From NCBI GenBank assembly GCA_963842085.1, contig CAWJET010000001.1, forward strand, positions 2,944,001 through 3,008,000: 64,000 bases of DNA, read 5' to 3'. This document shows, one piece after another, positions 61,808 through 64,000 of this stretch. How positions within the stretch are numbered: position 1 is the stretch's first letter; the number at the start of each line of letters is the position of its first letter. The position numbers and the translations under genes were made by a program. The notes beneath the pieces are model-generated. The model was not told the origin of the DNA. It made no database searches and saw nothing but the letters and a program-made list of their open reading frames with translations. This DNA is from an uncultured delta proteobacterium. GTDB taxonomy: Bacteria; Desulfobacterota; Binatia; Binatales; Binataceae.

Positions 61808-63037
61808 ATGGATTCCCGCGCCGCCACGCTCGAGCCGGTCCACGCGATCACTTCCGCCGAGGCGGCGCACACCCTGCTCGCGACTTTTCTGGGCTGGACG
61901 CTCGACGCATTCGATTTCTTCATCCTGATTTTCGTGATGCCCGCGGTCGCGCGCGAATTCCATCGCCCCATCTCGCACATTGCATTCACGATCACCGCGA
62001 CGCTTGCGCTCCGTCCAGTCGGCGCTCTGATCTTCGGCTGGCTCGCCGACCGTTACGGCCGACGCATCCCGCTGATGGTCGATGTCATCTTCTATTCAAT
62101 TGTCGAAGTGCTGAGCGGCCTCGCGCCGACGTACGGATGGTTCCTGTTCATGCGCGCGCTGTATGGCATCGGGATGGGCGGCGAGTGGGGCGTGGGCGCG
62201 TCGCTCGCGATGGAAGCGGTCTCGCCGCGATGGCGCGGATTCTTCTCCGGCCTGCTGCAGGAAGGTTATGCGGTCGGCTATCTGCTCGCGGCGGCCGCGT
62301 TCTTCTTCGTCTTCCCGCTCTCCGGGTGGCGCGCGATGTTTTTTCTCGGCGGCGCGCCAGCGCTGCTGACCATCTATATCCGCACCAAGGTTCCGGAGTC
62401 CGAGGCATGGCAGCGCACGCGTCCCGACATGTCGAAGATTCGCAACGCGATTCGCGCCAACTGGAAATTGTTCGCCTACCTGTGCGCGCTGATGACGATG
62501 ATGAACTTCGTCTCGCACGGCACCCAGGACATGTACCCCACCTTTCTGGAAAAGACTCGCGGCTTTGACACCCGTACCGTCGCGACCATCGCGCTCATCT
62601 ATAATGTAGGCGCTCTGCTGGGCGGCCTGACCTTCGGCTACCTATCCGATGGCTGGGGACGGCGCCGCACGATGGCGACTGCGGTGATCTGCGCGGGCCT
62701 GCTGATACCGTTGTGGATCTACCCGAGCACGCTCGTGGTGCTGACGCTCGGCGCGTTTCTCATGCAGTTCATGGTGCAGGGCGCATGGGGCGTCATCCCG
62801 GCGCATCTGACCGAGCTCTCGCCGCCGGAAGTTCGCGGCCTGTTCTCGGGCCTTGCGTATCAAACCGGGGTTTTGCTGGCTTCTGGAGCGGCCTTCAGCC
62901 AGGCTATCCTCGCCGAGCGATTCGGTTACGCCGCGACGCTCGCGAGCGTCGCCGCAATCGTAATGCTCGCCGCGGCCATCGTCATCCTGCTCGGCCGCGA
63001 GCGCATGGGCCGCGAGCTCAATTCGTCCGCGGCATGA
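61808..63037 (+). CDS. MFS transporter (SHS / JEN1-NanT-like carboxylate symporter)
   Basis: GWTLDAFDFF, LADRYGRR, GMGGEWG, SHGTQDMYPTFL, QGAWGVIPAHL. Confidence 0.9.
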   Translation: MDSRAATLEPVHAITSAEAAHTLLATFLGWTLDAFDFFILIFVMPAVAREFHRPISHIAFTITATLALRPVGALIFGWLADRYGRRIPLMVDVIFYSIVEVLSGLAPTYGWFLFMRALYGIGMGGEWGVGASLAMEAVSPRWRGFFSGLLQEGYAVGYLLAAAAFFFVFPLSGWRAMFFLGGAPALLTIYIRTKVPESEAWQRTRPDMSKIRNAIRANWKLFAYLCALMTMMNFVSHGTQDMYPTFLEKTRGFDTRTVATIALIYNVGALLGGLTFGYLSDGWGRRRTMATAVICAGLLIPLWIYPSTLVVLTLGAFLMQFMVQGAWGVIPAHLTELSPPEVRGLFSGLAYQTGVLLASGAAFSQAILAERFGYAATLASVAAIVMLAAAIVILLGRERMGRELNSSAA

Positions 63038-63123
63038 GTCACGCATCAACTCAACCCGATTGTTCCCCTTGCCACGTGAGAGGAGTTTAGGGGTTGGGTC
63101 GTCTGCATGCCTCGTCCCGCGAG

Positions 63124-64000
63124 CTATCCCGCAAGCCTTTCCGATCCACCGCTCCCGAACAACCGGGGCAGGTGGCGCCGCACCTGCGCCTCCATCTCCT
63201 GGTCCGAGATCGACGTGGTCCGGCCATCGTCATACTGCGCATCGACCCACTTCGCGATCTCGAGCACCTCGGGCGACCGCTTTTCGACTTGCTCGCCGTA
63301 CGCGAGGCCGAAGTACGAATTGATCCACCACGCGATCCCGGCCACGCCCGAAGTTTTGTCGACCGCCACGCGCGGCGGCCGTCCGAGAATCTTCGCCGTG
63401 TCGAAGACGTTGTAGATTTCCTCGTCCTTCAGCAGCCCATCGGCATGGATCCCCGCGCGCGTCACGTTGAAGTCGCGCCCCACGAACGGATAATTGGCGG
63501 GAATCCGGTAGCCAGCTTCGCGCTCGAAGTACTCCGCGATTTCGGTGATCACCGACAAGTCCATTCCGTTCGCGCCGCCCTTGAGCGACACGTAGTCCAT
63601 CACCAGCCCTTCCAAGGGAGGATTTCCGGTGCGCTCGCCGTAGCCGAGGATCGTGCCGTTGGCGTACATAATTCCTAAAGCCACGCGGCCGTCGCGTTGG
63701 CCAGCACCTTGTGAAAATCATTGTGCCCGTGCCATTCCAGTTGCTCCGGCTTCACGCCGCATTCCCGGCGCAGCCCCAAAATGAGCTTCGGCACGCTGCG
63801 CGGGAGCGCGACTCCCGGGTAGGGCACGCCGAATCCGAGCGTGTCGCAGACGCGAATCTTGACGGGAATTCCAGCCGCCTCGCCCAGTTCCATCAGCTTC
63901 GACACGAACGGCACGACGAAACCGTAAAAGTCCGCGCGCGTCGCGTCCTCGAGATGGCAGCGGATTCTCAAGCCCGCATCCAGCGCCGCGTTCACTATCT
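63124..64000 (-). pseudogene. Re-citrate-synthase-like DRE-TIM (LeuA family) enzyme, 3' part; one frameshift (likely an indel)
   Basis: RCHLEDATRADFYGFVVPF, CDTLGFGVPY, EWHGHNDF, GERTGN, TRAGIHADGL; adding one base at 63675/63676 restores AAWLYGIMYANG. Confidence 0.75.

Overview
GC-rich bacterial chromosome segment. The gene content (DUF1329, LLM oxidoreductase, amidohydrolase_2, SBBP/ASH surface protein, split nuo genes) resembles Candidatus Binatota or deltaproteobacteria-like soil bacteria; that assignment is inference only. Most of the window is housekeeping: nuoA/C/D plus a distant nuoI, amgK-murU, menA, lpxL, eutBC, asd, trmJ, mce, moeZ, bcp, a thiC-family gene, an RND pair and a Re-citrate-synthase-like gene. 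No rRNA, tRNA, CRISPR array, integrase or transposase is visible. The standout is a SAM-I-riboswitch-led sulfur-carrier locus (32022 to 24977, minus strand): ThiF-like E1, ThrC-like PLP enzyme, ubiquitin-like carrier ending GG-R, CysM, standalone NIL, second ThiF-like protein, HAD, then cysC-sat. Its two E1-like genes are complementary halves. One keeps all catalytic motifs but lacks the N-terminal RYxRQ arginine-finger helix; the other keeps that helix and has lost the catalytic motifs. This is the division of labour of eukaryotic heterodimeric SUMO/NEDD8 E1s. Other notable features: four families of dispersed intergenic elements (one ~230 bp with a promoter-like head and a hairpin core); a 4.2-kb integrase-less islet bounded by a 109-bp duplication of the trmJ 5' end; an unannotated 35-aa basic protein; a sigma54 promoter ahead of an outer-membrane barrel and a 7-PAS hybrid kinase; and four single-base frameshifts that look like assembly indels.
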